DNA from: Pseudomonadota bacterium
GTDB lineage: Bacteria; Pseudomonadota; Alphaproteobacteria; SP197
Direction: 5' to 3'
Assembly (NCBI GenBank): GCA_039028155.1
Contig: JBCCIS010000003.1
Span: 25,904 to 89,903, forward strand
DNA: 64,000 nt
Part shown: positions 1 through 10,239 of the stretch, piece by piece
Layout: every line of letters begins with the position of its first letter
Numbering within the stretch: the stretch's first letter is position 1
Program-made: the position numbers and the translations under genes
Notes under the pieces: generated by a model
What the model was told of the DNA's origin: nothing
Databases searched by the model: none
What the model saw: only the letters and a program-made list of their open reading frames with translations

Positions 1-117
1 TCATCACCTTGGGCTGAGGTAACGGCAATCCGCCGTTATCCCATGATCTGACGACCGGCATCGTCCGAACCTAACGTGACTGCCGAAGCTTCCTTGTTCG
101 ACGCGAGATCGAATCCT

Positions 118-2130
118 ATGCGTGATCCCAAGTACGACATTCTCTTCGAGCCCATCCAACTCGGCCCGGTGACCGCCAAGAACCGATTCTACCAGGTGCC
201 CCACTGCTCCGGCATGGGCTGGCACCGGCCCAACACCTTGGCCGGCATGCGCGCCATGAAGGCCGAGGGTGGCTGGGGCGTGGTGTGCACGGAGTATTGT
301 TCGATCAATCCGACATCCGACGACGGCGCTTTTCCCCATGCTCGCCTCTGGGATGCCGACGATCTGCGCAACCAGGCGCTGATGGCCGACGGCGTCCACG
401 AGCATGGCGGTCTCGCCGGTGTCGAGCTGTGGCATGGCGGTAGCCGCGTCGCCAACCTGGATAGCCGCATGGCGCCCCTTGGTGTCGGTCCTGGCCGCGC
501 GCCGTCGCAGTCCGGCGCCAACCATCCGGTCCAGGCGCGCCAGCCGGACAAAACAGACATCAAGAACCTCCGGCGCTGGCAGGGTGAAGCAGCGCGGCGC
601 GCCATCGAGGCCGGGTTCGATGTCGTCTATGTCTACGCGACCCACGGTTATCTGCTCTCGGAGTTTCTGTACCCCGAGACAAACCAGCGCACGGACGAAT
701 ACGGCGGATCGGTTGAGAACCGCGTGCGCATCGTGCGTGAACTGATCGAGGAGACGCTCGAGGCCGTCGCCGGCAAGGCCGCGGTCGCCACCCGCTTCAC
801 GGTCGATCTGGGGGACGAGGAGACCTACGAGTCCTTCTCGCTGATCAAGGACCTGCCCGATCTGTGGGACCTTACCGTCGACGACTACGGCATCGAGATG
901 GGCGTCTCGCGCTTCGTCAAGGAAGCGGCCCTCGAAGACAGTGTCGCGCGCGCCAAGGCGATGACCTCGAAACCGGTCGTCGCGGTCGGTCGCTTCACCA
1001 GCCCCGATACCATGGCGCGGGTCATCAAGGCGGGCTCGCAGGACATGATCGGCGCGGCCAGGCCCTCCATCGCCGATCCGTTTCTGCCCAAGAAGATCGA
1101 GGAAGGGCGCCTGGAAGACATCCGTGAATGCATCGGCTGCAACATCTGCTACGCCCACGACACCTTGGGCATCCCCATCCGCTGCACTCAGAACCCGACC
1201 ATGGGCGAGGAATGGCGCCGCGGCTGGCATCCCGAACACATCGAGCGCAGCGCGTCGCCGGCAAACGCCTTGATCGTCGGCGCCGGTCCGGCCGGCCTTG
1301 AAGCGGCGCGGGTCCTGGGCGAGCGCGGCTTCGATGTCATGCTTGCCGAGGCGACACGCGACCTCGGCGGCCGGGTGACCACCGAAAGCCGCCTGCCCGG
1401 TCTTTCCGAATGGGCGCGGGTGCGCGACTGGCGCACGACCCAACTCGACAAGCTGATGAACGTCGAGGTGTTTCGTGAGAGCCATTTGGCCGCCGATGAT
1501 GTCATGGCCACCGGCGCCGAGTACGTCCTGATCGCAACGGGTTCGCAGTGGCGCACCGACGGCATCGGCAACAACCGCATGGAGCCGTGGGAAAACGGCG
1601 ACGGCGCGCGAATTGTCGGCGTCGACGCGATCCTAGCAGGCGATGAAACGCCCGCCGGACGCGTGGTCATCTACGACGACGACCACTACTACATGGCATC
1701 GGTCGTGGCGCTGGCGCTCGTCCAACGCGGCAACGACGTCACCTTGGTCACGACCGCGCACCGGCCCGTCGCCTGGGGCTCCCATACAGCCGAGATCTCG
1801 CAGTCTAATGCCGCCCTGCGCGACGCCGGCGTGGACGTTGTCACCTATCACCGCCTGGACGCCGTCGCGCCCGGCGAGGCGACCGTTGCCTGCGTCCACA
1901 GCGACAAGACGCAGACGATCAAGGCCGACTGGGTGGTGCCGGTGACGAACCGCGAGCCGGCGGGCGACCTCTACGAGGACCTTTTGGCGCGCGCCAGCAA
2001 TCTCTCCTTACACCGCATCGGCGATTGCGACGCGCCAGGCACCATCGCCGCGGCCGTCTACAGCGGCTACCGCACAGCGCTCGAGCTGGGCGAACCGGCA
2101 AGCGATCCACTCTACAGGCGCCAGCTCTAA
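118..2130 (+). CDS. Trimethylamine/dimethylamine/histamine dehydrogenase-family flavoprotein (OYE-like FMN TIM barrel + 4Fe-4S + C-terminal ADP-binding domain)
   Basis: N-terminus MRDPKYDILFEPIQLGPVTAKNRFYQVPHCSGMG matches the TMADH family, including the Cys of the VPHC motif (6-S-cysteinyl-FMN site). The CIGCNICY...IRCTQNP Fe-S motif is present. The Rossmann GAGPAG motif follows. Start taken at the ATG at 118, in frame with the track ORF whose first codon at 76 is GTG. Confidence 0.8.
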   Translation: MRDPKYDILFEPIQLGPVTAKNRFYQVPHCSGMGWHRPNTLAGMRAMKAEGGWGVVCTEYCSINPTSDDGAFPHARLWDADDLRNQALMADGVHEHGGLAGVELWHGGSRVANLDSRMAPLGVGPGRAPSQSGANHPVQARQPDKTDIKNLRRWQGEAARRAIEAGFDVVYVYATHGYLLSEFLYPETNQRTDEYGGSVENRVRIVRELIEETLEAVAGKAAVATRFTVDLGDEETYESFSLIKDLPDLWDLTVDDYGIEMGVSRFVKEAALEDSVARAKAMTSKPVVAVGRFTSPDTMARVIKAGSQDMIGAARPSIADPFLPKKIEEGRLEDIRECIGCNICYAHDTLGIPIRCTQNPTMGEEWRRGWHPEHIERSASPANALIVGAGPAGLEAARVLGERGFDVMLAEATRDLGGRVTTESRLPGLSEWARVRDWRTTQLDKLMNVEVFRESHLAADDVMATGAEYVLIATGSQWRTDGIGNNRMEPWENGDGARIVGVDAILAGDETPAGRVVIYDDDHYYMASVVALALVQRGNDVTLVTTAHRPVAWGSHTAEISQSNAALRDAGVDVVTYHRLDAVAPGEATVACVHSDKTQTIKADWVVPVTNREPAGDLYEDLLARASNLSLHRIGDCDAPGTIAAAVYSGYRTALELGEPASDPLYRRQL

Positions 2131-2208
2131 GCCCTTCGCGGGACGAACGGGACACAGTTGTCCACCCCCTCTCCTCTTAAGAGCGAGCCGGAGCGATGGT
2201 CTTTGCTG

Positions 2209-3084
2209 TCAGCCGGCGAACTTCGGTTCCGGCAGACCTTTGGCGCCCAGACCGGTGACCGCGTAAATGCCGCCGGCATCCGGTTTTGACGGCCTCAGCC
2301 CGTCAATCTCGTCACCGATCGACGTGACATAGAGCACGTCCATGTCGTCGCCGCCGAACGTCAGACTGGTGACCATCTCGATCGGCGTTTCGATCAGCTC
2401 GTCCAGACTGCCGTCAGGCGCGAAGCGCGCGATGCAGCCGGTTTCCGTGAAGGTCGTCCAGAGATAGCCGTCCGCGTCGATGGTCCCGCCATCGGGCGTG
2501 GCGTTATAGGGCCGGGTGTCGAGAAAAACGCGCCGGTTGGCCAGCTCGCCGGTCTCGATGTCGTAGTCATAGGCGTAGATCGTGTGTTTGTTGCTGTCGG
2601 CAAAATAGAAAATGCTGTTGTCCGGGCTCCAGCACGGACCATTGGCGCAAATGAACCCGCGGTCGACGACCGACCAGCTGAGATCAGGATCAAGCCGGTA
2701 GAGCGAGCCCTTCGGTTCCTTGAACGACAGGTCCTCGCTGCCGGCGAAGAAACGGCCGCGTCGATCGGCCTTGCCGTCGTTAATGGTCGTATCCGTTTTC
2801 TCCGGTTCGGGCTCCACGATGGTCTCGCAGGTGCCGGTGTCGAAGTCGAAGAAGTGGAAACCGCGATCCATTGCGATGACGGCGCCACCCTTCTCGCGCA
2901 ACGCCATGGAACCGCCGACATCACCGGGCAGTTCCCATCCGTCGATGTCACCCGAGCTGGGGTCGTACCGGAAAACGCCGGGTTGCAACAGGTCGAGCCA
3001 ATAAAGAGTACCGTTGTCGTGATCCCAAAGCGGTCCTTCACCGAGCCGGTAGCTTGCCGTGCCAATTCGTTCGTAGTTCACCAT
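2209..3084 (-). CDS. SMP-30/gluconolactonase/LRE-like lactonase (regucalcin family)
   Basis: The GEGPLWDHDNGTLYWLDLLQP motif and repeated beta-propeller blades are present. Start placed at the internal ATG (MVNYERIG); the outermost ORF codon is GTG. Confidence 0.75.
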   Translation of the reverse strand: MVNYERIGTASYRLGEGPLWDHDNGTLYWLDLLQPGVFRYDPSSGDIDGWELPGDVGGSMALREKGGAVIAMDRGFHFFDFDTGTCETIVEPEPEKTDTTINDGKADRRGRFFAGSEDLSFKEPKGSLYRLDPDLSWSVVDRGFICANGPCWSPDNSIFYFADSNKHTIYAYDYDIETGELANRRVFLDTRPYNATPDGGTIDADGYLWTTFTETGCIARFAPDGSLDELIETPIEMVTSLTFGGDDMDVLYVTSIGDEIDGLRPSKPDAGGIYAVTGLGAKGLPEPKFAG

Positions 3085-3261
3085 CGCGTTTCCACCCACC
3101 CGTTTTGGTCATGACATCGGCTATGCCGGCCGCACGCCGCATGACTCAAGTCTAGGTGGGCACCGGCGCCCTACCATGTATGAACAGCCATGCATCGTTC
3201 GCGGCATGCGATGTATTGGTTGAATGCGCGAACCCGAAAAGGGATTGGCGGACGAAAAAAC

Positions 3262-3738
3262 TTACACCTTCGCGACGTCGACAAAGGGCCCACCGGTCAG
3301 CGCCGCCAACTGGTCGGGTGTCAACTTGAAGACGGCGTTGGGCGTGCCGCCCGAGGCCCAGATCTCGTCGTGCTGCTGCAGGTCGTTGTCGAGCAGAACC
3401 AGAGGCGCCTGGTTATGACCGACCGGCGGCACCCCACCGATCGCAAAGCCGGTGGCGTCGCGCACGAAGTCGGCATCGGCCCGGCGAATTGTCATACCCA
3501 GCAGCCGGCCCACCTTCTTTTCGTCGACCCGGTTTGTGCCGCTGGCGATCACGAGGACGGGCCGATTGTCTTCCTTGGTGCGAAACAGAAGCGACTTGGC
3601 GATCTGCGCGACCGCGCAACCGATGGCCGCTGCCGCGTCATCCGCGGTTCTCGTACTCTCGTCGAACTCGAGCACCTCGAAACCGTCACCCAGCAACCCC
3701 TGAACACGAAGCGCGGTGGCATTGGTCACCTGTTTCAT
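3262..3738 (-). CDS. YbaK/ProX-type aminoacyl-tRNA deacylase domain protein
   Basis: The C-terminal 158 aa (MKQVTNATALRVQGLL...GGVPPVGHN...) fit the YbaK/EbsC deacylase fold. The upstream 47 aa of the track ORF are Arg-rich read-through. Start set at the internal ATG. Confidence 0.65.
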   Translation of the reverse strand: MKQVTNATALRVQGLLGDGFEVLEFDESTRTADDAAAAIGCAVAQIAKSLLFRTKEDNRPVLVIASGTNRVDEKKVGRLLGMTIRRADADFVRDATGFAIGGVPPVGHNQAPLVLLDNDLQQHDEIWASGGTPNAVFKLTPDQLAALTGGPFVDVAKV

Positions 3739-3758
3739 GGGTCTCCGACCAGCGCCGC

Positions 3759-4439
3759 CTAGCCGTTGAGCAGCGCCTCGACGGCATCCTTTGAAGCGCC
3801 GGACGCCAGGCCGCCGCCGTAGACGAACCCGATCGCGCGGCGATCGAAATCGGTCAGCCAGTCGGCCGGGTCGTCCCATGACATGACGCTTGCGACGCCG
3901 TTGCCCGGCACGCCGACCAGGCCCAGGGCTTTCATCGTTTCGCGCGCGACACCGCGTCCGATCTGGGTCTCCTCTTTCGACGTCACGAACATCATCGCCC
4001 CGGCGATGCCGCGTTCGAAGCTGAGCACGGAGATCTGACCGAAATTGTCCTGCTCTTGTTGGGCGGCGATGAAGTCCCGGGTCTTCTGATCGCGTTCCTC
4101 GGCGGACGCTCCGGGGAAGAACTTGGCCAGCAGCTCGGCATGACGTCCCGCTGCCTCCAGAGTGTTGTTGGCGACGATGAAGACAATGTTGACGTCACCG
4201 CCCTCGCGGTATTCGGCTTTCAGCTCAGAGGCGTCGCGGATCTCGTCGACCAAGGCCTCCAGGCAGACGCGGCCGGCCTCGCTGTCATCTTCGGCGACGA
4301 CGAACTTCGGCACGCTCTCCCAACGCACCATCTGGCGCAGACCGAACTGACCGTCCGGCATTCTGGCGAACATCAAATTCAGCAGGGCTTCCCTCTCGTC
4401 TTCCGCGAAGTGGTGCCCAACAAGCGATGTGGTCGTCAT
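3759..4439 (-). CDS. Hypothetical protein
   Basis: 226-aa ORF with GC3-biased codons and no recognisable family motifs. Confidence 0.5.
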   Translation of the reverse strand: MTTTSLVGHHFAEDEREALLNLMFARMPDGQFGLRQMVRWESVPKFVVAEDDSEAGRVCLEALVDEIRDASELKAEYREGGDVNIVFIVANNTLEAAGRHAELLAKFFPGASAEERDQKTRDFIAAQQEQDNFGQISVLSFERGIAGAMMFVTSKEETQIGRGVARETMKALGLVGVPGNGVASVMSWDDPADWLTDFDRRAIGFVYGGGLASGASKDAVEALLNG

Positions 4440-4561
4440 TTTGTCCTACCCAACAACGTGAACGTCATCCAAAGACCCGTCATGGCGAGGGGATGATATA
4501 TCGACCGGACCGTCCTATCCTGCGGTTTCTTCGTAACGACCCCCACGGGATGAGGATAACC

Positions 4562-5230
4562 ATGTCGGAACGCGTGTTACAGATGAGCGATCCCCTGCAC
4601 CAGTATCTTGTGGACGTCGCCGTCCGCGAACACCCGGTGCTGGCGGAGTTGCGTGAAGAGACGGCGACCATGCCCATGGGCATGATGCAGATATCGCCCG
4701 ATCAGGGCCAGCTTATGGCCATGCTGGTGCGCCTGACCGGCGCGCGCCGGATTCTAGAGGTCGGCACCTTCACTGGCTACAGCTCTCTGTCCATGGCGCT
4801 TGCCCTGCCTGACGACGGCTCGATCCATGCGTTGGACGTCAGCGATGAGTATACGTCGGTCGCCCGGCGACACTGGGAGAAGGCAGGCGTCGCCGACAAG
4901 ATCAGCCTGACCCTGGCGCCGGCGGCCGAAACTCTGCGCGGTTTCCTGGACGACGGCATGGCTGGCAGTTTCGATCTGATGTTCATCGATGCCGACAAGG
5001 AAAGCTACGATGCCTATTACGAGCACGGGCTGGAACTGGTGCGCGATGGCGGCGTCATTCTGGTCGACAATGTGCTTTGGGGCGGCTCGGTGATCGATCA
5101 CGCCAAACAGGACGCCGATACCGCCGCGATCCGCGCTTTGAACCACAAGCTCAAACATGACGAGCGGATCGACCTTACCATGCTGTCCATCGGCGACGGC
5201 CTTACACTCGCGCACAAGCGGGCATCGTAG
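4562..5230 (+). CDS. Class I SAM-dependent O-methyltransferase (family 3, caffeoyl-CoA OMT-like)
   Basis: The motifs ILEVGTFTGYSSL and FIDADKESY are typical of family-3 O-methyltransferases. Start set at the ATG preceded by GGATGAGGATAAC (RBS). The track ORF begins further upstream. Confidence 0.8.
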   Translation: MSERVLQMSDPLHQYLVDVAVREHPVLAELREETATMPMGMMQISPDQGQLMAMLVRLTGARRILEVGTFTGYSSLSMALALPDDGSIHALDVSDEYTSVARRHWEKAGVADKISLTLAPAAETLRGFLDDGMAGSFDLMFIDADKESYDAYYEHGLELVRDGGVILVDNVLWGGSVIDHAKQDADTAAIRALNHKLKHDERIDLTMLSIGDGLTLAHKRAS

Positions 5231-5275
5231 AGCAGATAGAATACGTCAATCTGCTCTACCTGTTTGGTTTTGGGC
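5227..5275 (+). terminator. Rho-independent terminator-like hairpin at the OMT stop codon
   Basis: Perfect 11-bp inverted repeat GTAGAGCAGAT / ATCTGCTCTAC with an 11-nt loop. It is followed by CTGTTTGGTTTTGGG (U-rich). The left arm overlaps the OMT TAG stop. Confidence 0.55.
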
Positions 5276-5333
5276 AGATCAACTTCGTCATGGGCGCAGA
5301 GGATTCGATCATTGGGGAAGGAAGGAATGCCAC

Positions 5334-5807
5334 ATGACAAACATTCTGTTTCGATTCGTGATTTTCGGTTTGGTCGCCGCGTTCCCCTGGGCCACGGCGT
5401 CAGCCGACGAGGTGACGGTGTCGGGATCAGCGACCTACATTCAAAGATGGGGTGAGACCATCACGCTGGAGAACGGCGGGCGATTGGAGCGTCTTCACCT
5501 CCAGGCCATCATCCACGACGACAACAACAGTCCGATCGACATGAACGCGCAGGACTGCACCGGCACTGCGGTTTACGACGCCGACGGCGCGTTCGTCATG
5601 AACACCGGCCATTGCCACGCGACCGACCTGGACGGCGACACCTGGTCCATGTGGTACCACCACACGCCCGACGGCAACACATGGGGTATCATGGGCGGAA
5701 CGGGCAAGTTCGCCGGGCTCAGCGGTGGCGGGACGACGTTTGTCGAGACGATCCACGCCGACGGCCGCCTATTCCTGACCTATGAAGGAACCATCGCGAC
5801 GCCTTAA
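5334..5807 (+). CDS. Secreted hypothetical protein (signal peptide)
   Basis: The internal ATG preceded by GGAAGGAATG gives MTNILFRFVIFGLVAAFPWATASA, a classic signal peptide. The upstream portion of the track ORF overlaps the OMT gene. Confidence 0.6.
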   Translation: MTNILFRFVIFGLVAAFPWATASADEVTVSGSATYIQRWGETITLENGGRLERLHLQAIIHDDNNSPIDMNAQDCTGTAVYDADGAFVMNTGHCHATDLDGDTWSMWYHHTPDGNTWGIMGGTGKFAGLSGGGTTFVETIHADGRLFLTYEGTIATP

Positions 5808-5836
5808 CGCAGGACGACCGCAAGGAGGCACGCATC

Positions 5837-6262
5837 ATGTCGACAGTGACCGACGCCACGACCCGGACCGCTCAATGCGGCTGCGGGGCGCTTTCGTTTA
5901 ACGTCAGCGGTGAGCCGAAACATGTTTACACCTGCAGCTGCACGAACTGCCAACGCGAAAGCGGCAGCGCCTTCACCTATTGCGCCATCTACTCGGATTC
6001 AGCGGTCAATACTCTTGGTGACCCCAAGCTGTGGCGTCGCAGCACGACGGAGTCAGGTCGCTGGATTGAATCCGGCTTTTGCCCTTCATGCGGCGTCACC
6101 GTGTTTTTCCGCATGGAAGCGTGGCCGAACGTGGTCGGCGTATCGGTGGGATGTTTCGCCGACCCCGGGTTCGCACAGCCAAGTCAACACTATTGGGCCT
6201 CGCGCAAGCACGCCTGGCTCAGTGTTCCCGACGGCACGGAGGTCCTGTCGTCACAAGACTGA
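5837..6262 (+). CDS. GFA (glutathione-dependent formaldehyde-activating)/CENP-V family protein
   Basis: A CGCG...CSCTNCQRESG...CPSCG zinc-binding Cys pattern characteristic of the GFA family. Confidence 0.7.
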   Translation: MSTVTDATTRTAQCGCGALSFNVSGEPKHVYTCSCTNCQRESGSAFTYCAIYSDSAVNTLGDPKLWRRSTTESGRWIESGFCPSCGVTVFFRMEAWPNVVGVSVGCFADPGFAQPSQHYWASRKHAWLSVPDGTEVLSSQD

Positions 6263-6401
6263 CACATCCGGCCAGCGCACCGAGACCCGGCGCCCCATAC
6301 CGACGATGGGCGACGCAAACCTTCGGTTTCCGACGTTGAGGCGAATCCCGTTACTGGTGTAGCGTGCCCGCCTTCGGATCTGGCGCTGGAGGGATGCCGC
6401 A

Positions 6402-6953
6402 ATGCCGTTACAGGAGCTGTTCTTTTCGTTTTCCGGTCGCATCAACCGCGCGACGTTTTGGACCCGCGCGATGCCGATCCTGTTCGTCTACAGCATGATC
6501 ACCAATACGGTCGCGGCCATCGAAATCTATGAGACCGGCCAATACGGCGTCATCTCCATTGTCTTAAGCCTGATCGGGATTTGGCCGGCCCTGGCCGTAA
6601 ACGTGAAACGACTGCACGATCGCGGGCGTTCCGGATGGTTCATTCTGATCGGTCTGATCCCCATTGTCGGTCCGATCTGGCTGCTCATCGAAACCTGGTT
6701 CCTGGGGAGCAAACCCGAAGCCAACCGCTTCGGCGAGGTGCCGACGAACCATGCATCGAGCGGCGCCGTGATCGGCGCCATCGCCACCATCGTCATCGCC
6801 ATGATCGTCGCCGTCGCGGTCGTACTCTCGGTTGTCGACATCAGCGTACCCGCCGACATGGCCTACCCCGAAGCAACCAGCGGCGAGTCGTCGGTCGAAC
6901 CTGAATCCGTGATGCCGGACGATTCGGAGGCCGCCACGTCAACGTCGAACTAG
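6402..6953 (+). CDS. DUF805 (YhaH-like) inner-membrane protein
   Basis: N-terminal FSFSGRINRATFW and KRLHDRGRSGWFILIGLIPIVGPIWLLI motifs typical of DUF805. Multi-TM with an acidic C-terminal tail. Confidence 0.65.
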   Translation: MPLQELFFSFSGRINRATFWTRAMPILFVYSMITNTVAAIEIYETGQYGVISIVLSLIGIWPALAVNVKRLHDRGRSGWFILIGLIPIVGPIWLLIETWFLGSKPEANRFGEVPTNHASSGAVIGAIATIVIAMIVAVAVVLSVVDISVPADMAYPEATSGESSVEPESVMPDDSEAATSTSN

Positions 6954-6966
6954 AGCGGAGCCTGAA

Positions 6967-7563
6967 CTAACCGCCTGCCACTTGGCACAGCGGGCCCGTC
7001 TGATCGGGCGTCGTCATCATCAGCGTGCAGGTGTCGTAGCCCTCATCCTTCAGGATGCCGTCGACCGTCGCCAATGTCGCCGCATCCAGGGTCGGCGTGC
7101 GGGCGAGAACCCAGCCGTATTCGCGTGAGGGATGACCCACCACCGACCAACGGTAGTCGGGATCCAAGCCGATGATCCAGTAGTCTCCGCCGGTCGCCCA
7201 CACCCACTCGCCGAAGACGTCAACGAACGTCACCTCAAGCTTGCCGTCCGTGGGATCACCCTGGAACCGAGCCCGGCCGTCTGCCTCGTCAAACGTGCCG
7301 TCGGCGATCTCGCAACGGTTCGTGACCGCGATCAGATCATCCTCGCCCGGCCCATAGGTCGCGGTGGTGTTTGCCACGCAGTCGCGCTGGAACCACACAG
7401 GGATCGCCGCGACCTGATGCCATTCACCGAGATAGCGGTCGACATCAAAACCGGAGACCGTATCCATCGACCCGTCGTTGCCGGATGCACACGCCGCCAG
7501 CAACAGACCAGTGGCGAACACAGCACTCAGGCGCGCGCGCCGAATCAGGTTGGCAAGTGTCAC
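6967..7563 (-). CDS. blc: Bacterial lipocalin (Blc-like) lipoprotein
   Basis: Lipobox LLLAAC, followed by FDVDRYLGEWHQVAAIP, the lipocalin SCR1 motif. Start assigned to a GTG preceded by GGGAGA; the track ORF extends further upstream. Confidence 0.6.
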   Translation of the reverse strand: MTLANLIRRARLSAVFATGLLLAACASGNDGSMDTVSGFDVDRYLGEWHQVAAIPVWFQRDCVANTTATYGPGEDDLIAVTNRCEIADGTFDEADGRARFQGDPTDGKLEVTFVDVFGEWVWATGGDYWIIGLDPDYRWSVVGHPSREYGWVLARTPTLDAATLATVDGILKDEGYDTCTLMMTTPDQTGPLCQVAGG

Positions 7564-7675
7564 AGGTGTCTCCCGCTTTGGGTTCTTGTTATTGGACCCA
7601 ATTTCTACGCAGCACGCGCCCGGGCCGATCAATTGTGATGTTGGGTCACCCAGAGGTGAGCGCAATACGCCCTGC

Positions 7676-8050
7676 TCAGGAGGCGTCCGAGAATGACAGC
7701 CCCTTCTCCGCCATCACCTCTTCCAAGGCCGCCAGCCCGTTCATGCCGGTCGGCCAGCCGGCGTAGTGGGCGACATGGATCATCACCTCACGCAGGGCTT
7801 CCGGCGAATGGCCGACATTGAGCGCGCCCTTCAGGTGGCCGCGAAGCTGGGTCCCCTGGGAGGTCGCGGTCAGGACCGCAACCGTGATCAAAGAGCGATC
7901 TTTGACCGGCAGGCCCTCGCGCGACCAGATCTCGCCGAACAGGTAATCGCAGGTCAGCTCCATCATGTCGTTGAAAGCCGGGCGGTCGCCGCCCCCGAGC
8001 GAACCGAAGAGTTGCTCAATCAACTTCTGACCTTTTTCGTGATCGCCCAT
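7676..8050 (-). CDS. Carboxymuconolactone decarboxylase (CMD/AhpD-like) family protein
   Basis: The VMIHVAHYAGWPTGMNG region is the CMD family signature. Start at the internal ATG (MGDHEKG). Confidence 0.7.
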   Translation of the reverse strand: MGDHEKGQKLIEQLFGSLGGGDRPAFNDMMELTCDYLFGEIWSREGLPVKDRSLITVAVLTATSQGTQLRGHLKGALNVGHSPEALREVMIHVAHYAGWPTGMNGLAALEEVMAEKGLSFSDAS

Positions 8051-8210
8051 CGTGCCACTCCTTTGCTGCCATGTCGGCCCCGGGAACCAGGGCATAGCGC
8101 GAGCAAATCAAGAAACCGGATCGGGCGCAAACGCAAACCCCGCGAACGACCTCTCCGTACCCCGTCTTCTCTGCGTAGTGGCCGCCAGGTCGTCCCGGCC
8201 CGATCCCGCC

Positions 8211-9128
8211 CTAGCTGCGCTTCAGCTTCGGGTCGAGTGCGTCGCGCAACCCGTCGCCCATCAAGTTAAAGGCCAAGACGGTGATCAGGATCGCTAGACC
8301 CGGGAACGTCACCACCCACCAGGCGCGCTGGATGAACTGCAGCGCGTCGGCCAGCATGGTGCCCCATTCGGGTGTCGGCGGCTGCGCGCCCAACCCCAAA
8401 AAGCCGAGCGCGGCGGCGTCCAAAATGGCGCTGGAGAAACCGAGCGTCGCCTGCACGATCAAGGGCGCCATGCAGTTCGGCAGCACGGTGACGAACATCA
8501 ACCGAAACGGGCCGGCGCCGGCGACGCGCGATGCCGTGACGTAGTCGCGGCCCAGTTCGGCCAGCACCGCGCCGCGCGTGATCCGCGCGTAGTGCGGTAT
8601 CACCACCACGGTCACGGCAATCATGGCGTTGATCAGGCCGGGCCCCAGGATAGCGACGATGACGATGGCCAAGAGCAGCGCCGGGAGTGCCAGCATGATA
8701 TCCATCAGCCGCATGATGGCGACGTCGACGACACCGCCGAAGAAGCTGGCCAGCAGGCCAAAGGTGACGCCGACCGCGAGTGCCAGGGTAACGACGACGA
8801 CGCCGATGATCAGCGACAGGCGCGCGCCGTAGATCAGCCGCGATAGAATGTCGCGGCCGACATCGTCGGTCCCCAGGATAAAGCGCGGATCGCCGCCCGC
8901 CCAGATCGGCGGCGACAGGAACGCGTCGCGGAACTGCTCGCTCGGCGCGTATGGCGCCAGCAGCGGCGCGAAGATCGCCACCGCGATAACAATCATGATC
9001 GTGATCAGGCCCAGCATCGCGCCCTTGTTGCGGCGGAACTGGCGCCAGAACAGGACCACCGGATGACGCGACGGCTCGGCCGGCGTCAGGGTGTCCGGCG
9101 TGTCGGTGGCGTTGACGCGGTCGGTCAT
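8211..9128 (-). CDS. ABC transporter permease, DppC/OppC family
   Basis: Multi-TM permease with the binding-protein-dependent transport EAA-like loop. It overlaps the upstream permease by 4 bp. Confidence 0.8.
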   Translation of the reverse strand: MTDRVNATDTPDTLTPAEPSRHPVVLFWRQFRRNKGAMLGLITIMIVIAVAIFAPLLAPYAPSEQFRDAFLSPPIWAGGDPRFILGTDDVGRDILSRLIYGARLSLIIGVVVVTLALAVGVTFGLLASFFGGVVDVAIMRLMDIMLALPALLLAIVIVAILGPGLINAMIAVTVVVIPHYARITRGAVLAELGRDYVTASRVAGAGPFRLMFVTVLPNCMAPLIVQATLGFSSAILDAAALGFLGLGAQPPTPEWGTMLADALQFIQRAWWVVTFPGLAILITVLAFNLMGDGLRDALDPKLKRS

Positions 9129-10159
9129 GCCTGCCCCCTGGCGCCGCGCTCGGTGACATGGCGGATGCGCGGGTTGATGACGCCGTACAGCACATCGACC
9201 AGCAGGTTGACCGCCATGATGACGGTGGCAACCAGCAGCACCCCGCCCTGAACGGTCGGATAGTCGCGCCGTCTAACGGACTCGATCAGCCACTTACCGA
9301 TGCCCGGCCACGAGAAGATCGTCTCGGTCAAGATGGCGCCGGCCAAGAGAATGCCGGTCGCCAGGCCGATCACCGTGACCACCGGGATCAGCGCGTTGGG
9401 CAGCGCGTGCGCGGTGACGACGCGAAGCTGCGACATCCCCTTGGCGCGCGCGGTCCTGACATAGTCCTCGCGCAGCACCTCCAGCATCGACGAACGGGTC
9501 ATGCGCGCGATGATCGCCAGCGGAATGGTGCCCAACGCCACCGCCGGCAGGATCAGATGGCGCACCGCTGACCAGAACGCGCCCTTTTCATCGGACAGCA
9601 GCGTGTCGATCAGCATGAAGCCTGTCTGATGATCGACCCAGAAATGCGCGGAGATGCGGCCCGAGACTGGCGTCCATCCCAGATTGACGGAGAAGAACAG
9701 GACCAGCAGCAGCGCCCACCAGAAGATCGGCATGGAAAAGCCGGTGACAGCAACACCCATGACCGCGTAATCGGCGGCGGTCCCGCGTTTGACCGCGGCG
9801 ATGACACCCAGCGGCAACCCCAGCACAATGGCGAAGATCATGGCGCAGACCGACAGCTCGACCGTCGCGGGGAAGCGGTCGAAGAACTCGCGCAGGACCG
9901 GTTCCTTGGTCACCACGGAGTCGCCGAAATCGCCCTGGACGATACCCAGCAGATAGTCGCCGTACTGCACCAAAAGCGGCTGGTCGAAACCGAACTTGGC
10001 CTTCAGTTCGGCGTGGCGTTCGGGCTCGATACCGCGCTCGCCCGCCATCATCTCGATGGGATCGCCCGGCACCAGCCGGATCAGCGCGAAGGTCAGCAGC
10101 GTCACACCCAGGAACGTGGGGATCAGCAGTCCGATCCTTCGGAGAACGAGCTTAAGCAT
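9125..10159 (-). CDS. ABC transporter permease, DppB/OppB family
   Basis: N-terminal MLKLVLRRIGLLIPTFLGVTLLTFALIRLVPGDP is the classic DppB/OppB start. Confidence 0.85.
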   Translation of the reverse strand: MLKLVLRRIGLLIPTFLGVTLLTFALIRLVPGDPIEMMAGERGIEPERHAELKAKFGFDQPLLVQYGDYLLGIVQGDFGDSVVTKEPVLREFFDRFPATVELSVCAMIFAIVLGLPLGVIAAVKRGTAADYAVMGVAVTGFSMPIFWWALLLVLFFSVNLGWTPVSGRISAHFWVDHQTGFMLIDTLLSDEKGAFWSAVRHLILPAVALGTIPLAIIARMTRSSMLEVLREDYVRTARAKGMSQLRVVTAHALPNALIPVVTVIGLATGILLAGAILTETIFSWPGIGKWLIESVRRRDYPTVQGGVLLVATVIMAVNLLVDVLYGVINPRIRHVTERGARGQA

Positions 10160-10239
10160 GACCTATATTAACGGCAACGGGTGGCGGACGCGCACAGCAT
10201 CCGCCACCCGAAGCCAGCAGCGCCCCCTAGTGGCCCTGC

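Noticed and set aside
4-1485. 493-aa minus-strand ORF
   Set aside because: It is antisense to the well-supported TMADH-family gene. It has Arg/Ala-rich composition typical of GC-rich antisense frames and no family motifs.
8266-9231. 321-aa alternate-frame ORF on the minus strand
   Set aside because: It overlaps the DppC-like permease in a different frame, and its product is Arg/Gly/Pro-rich nonsense.
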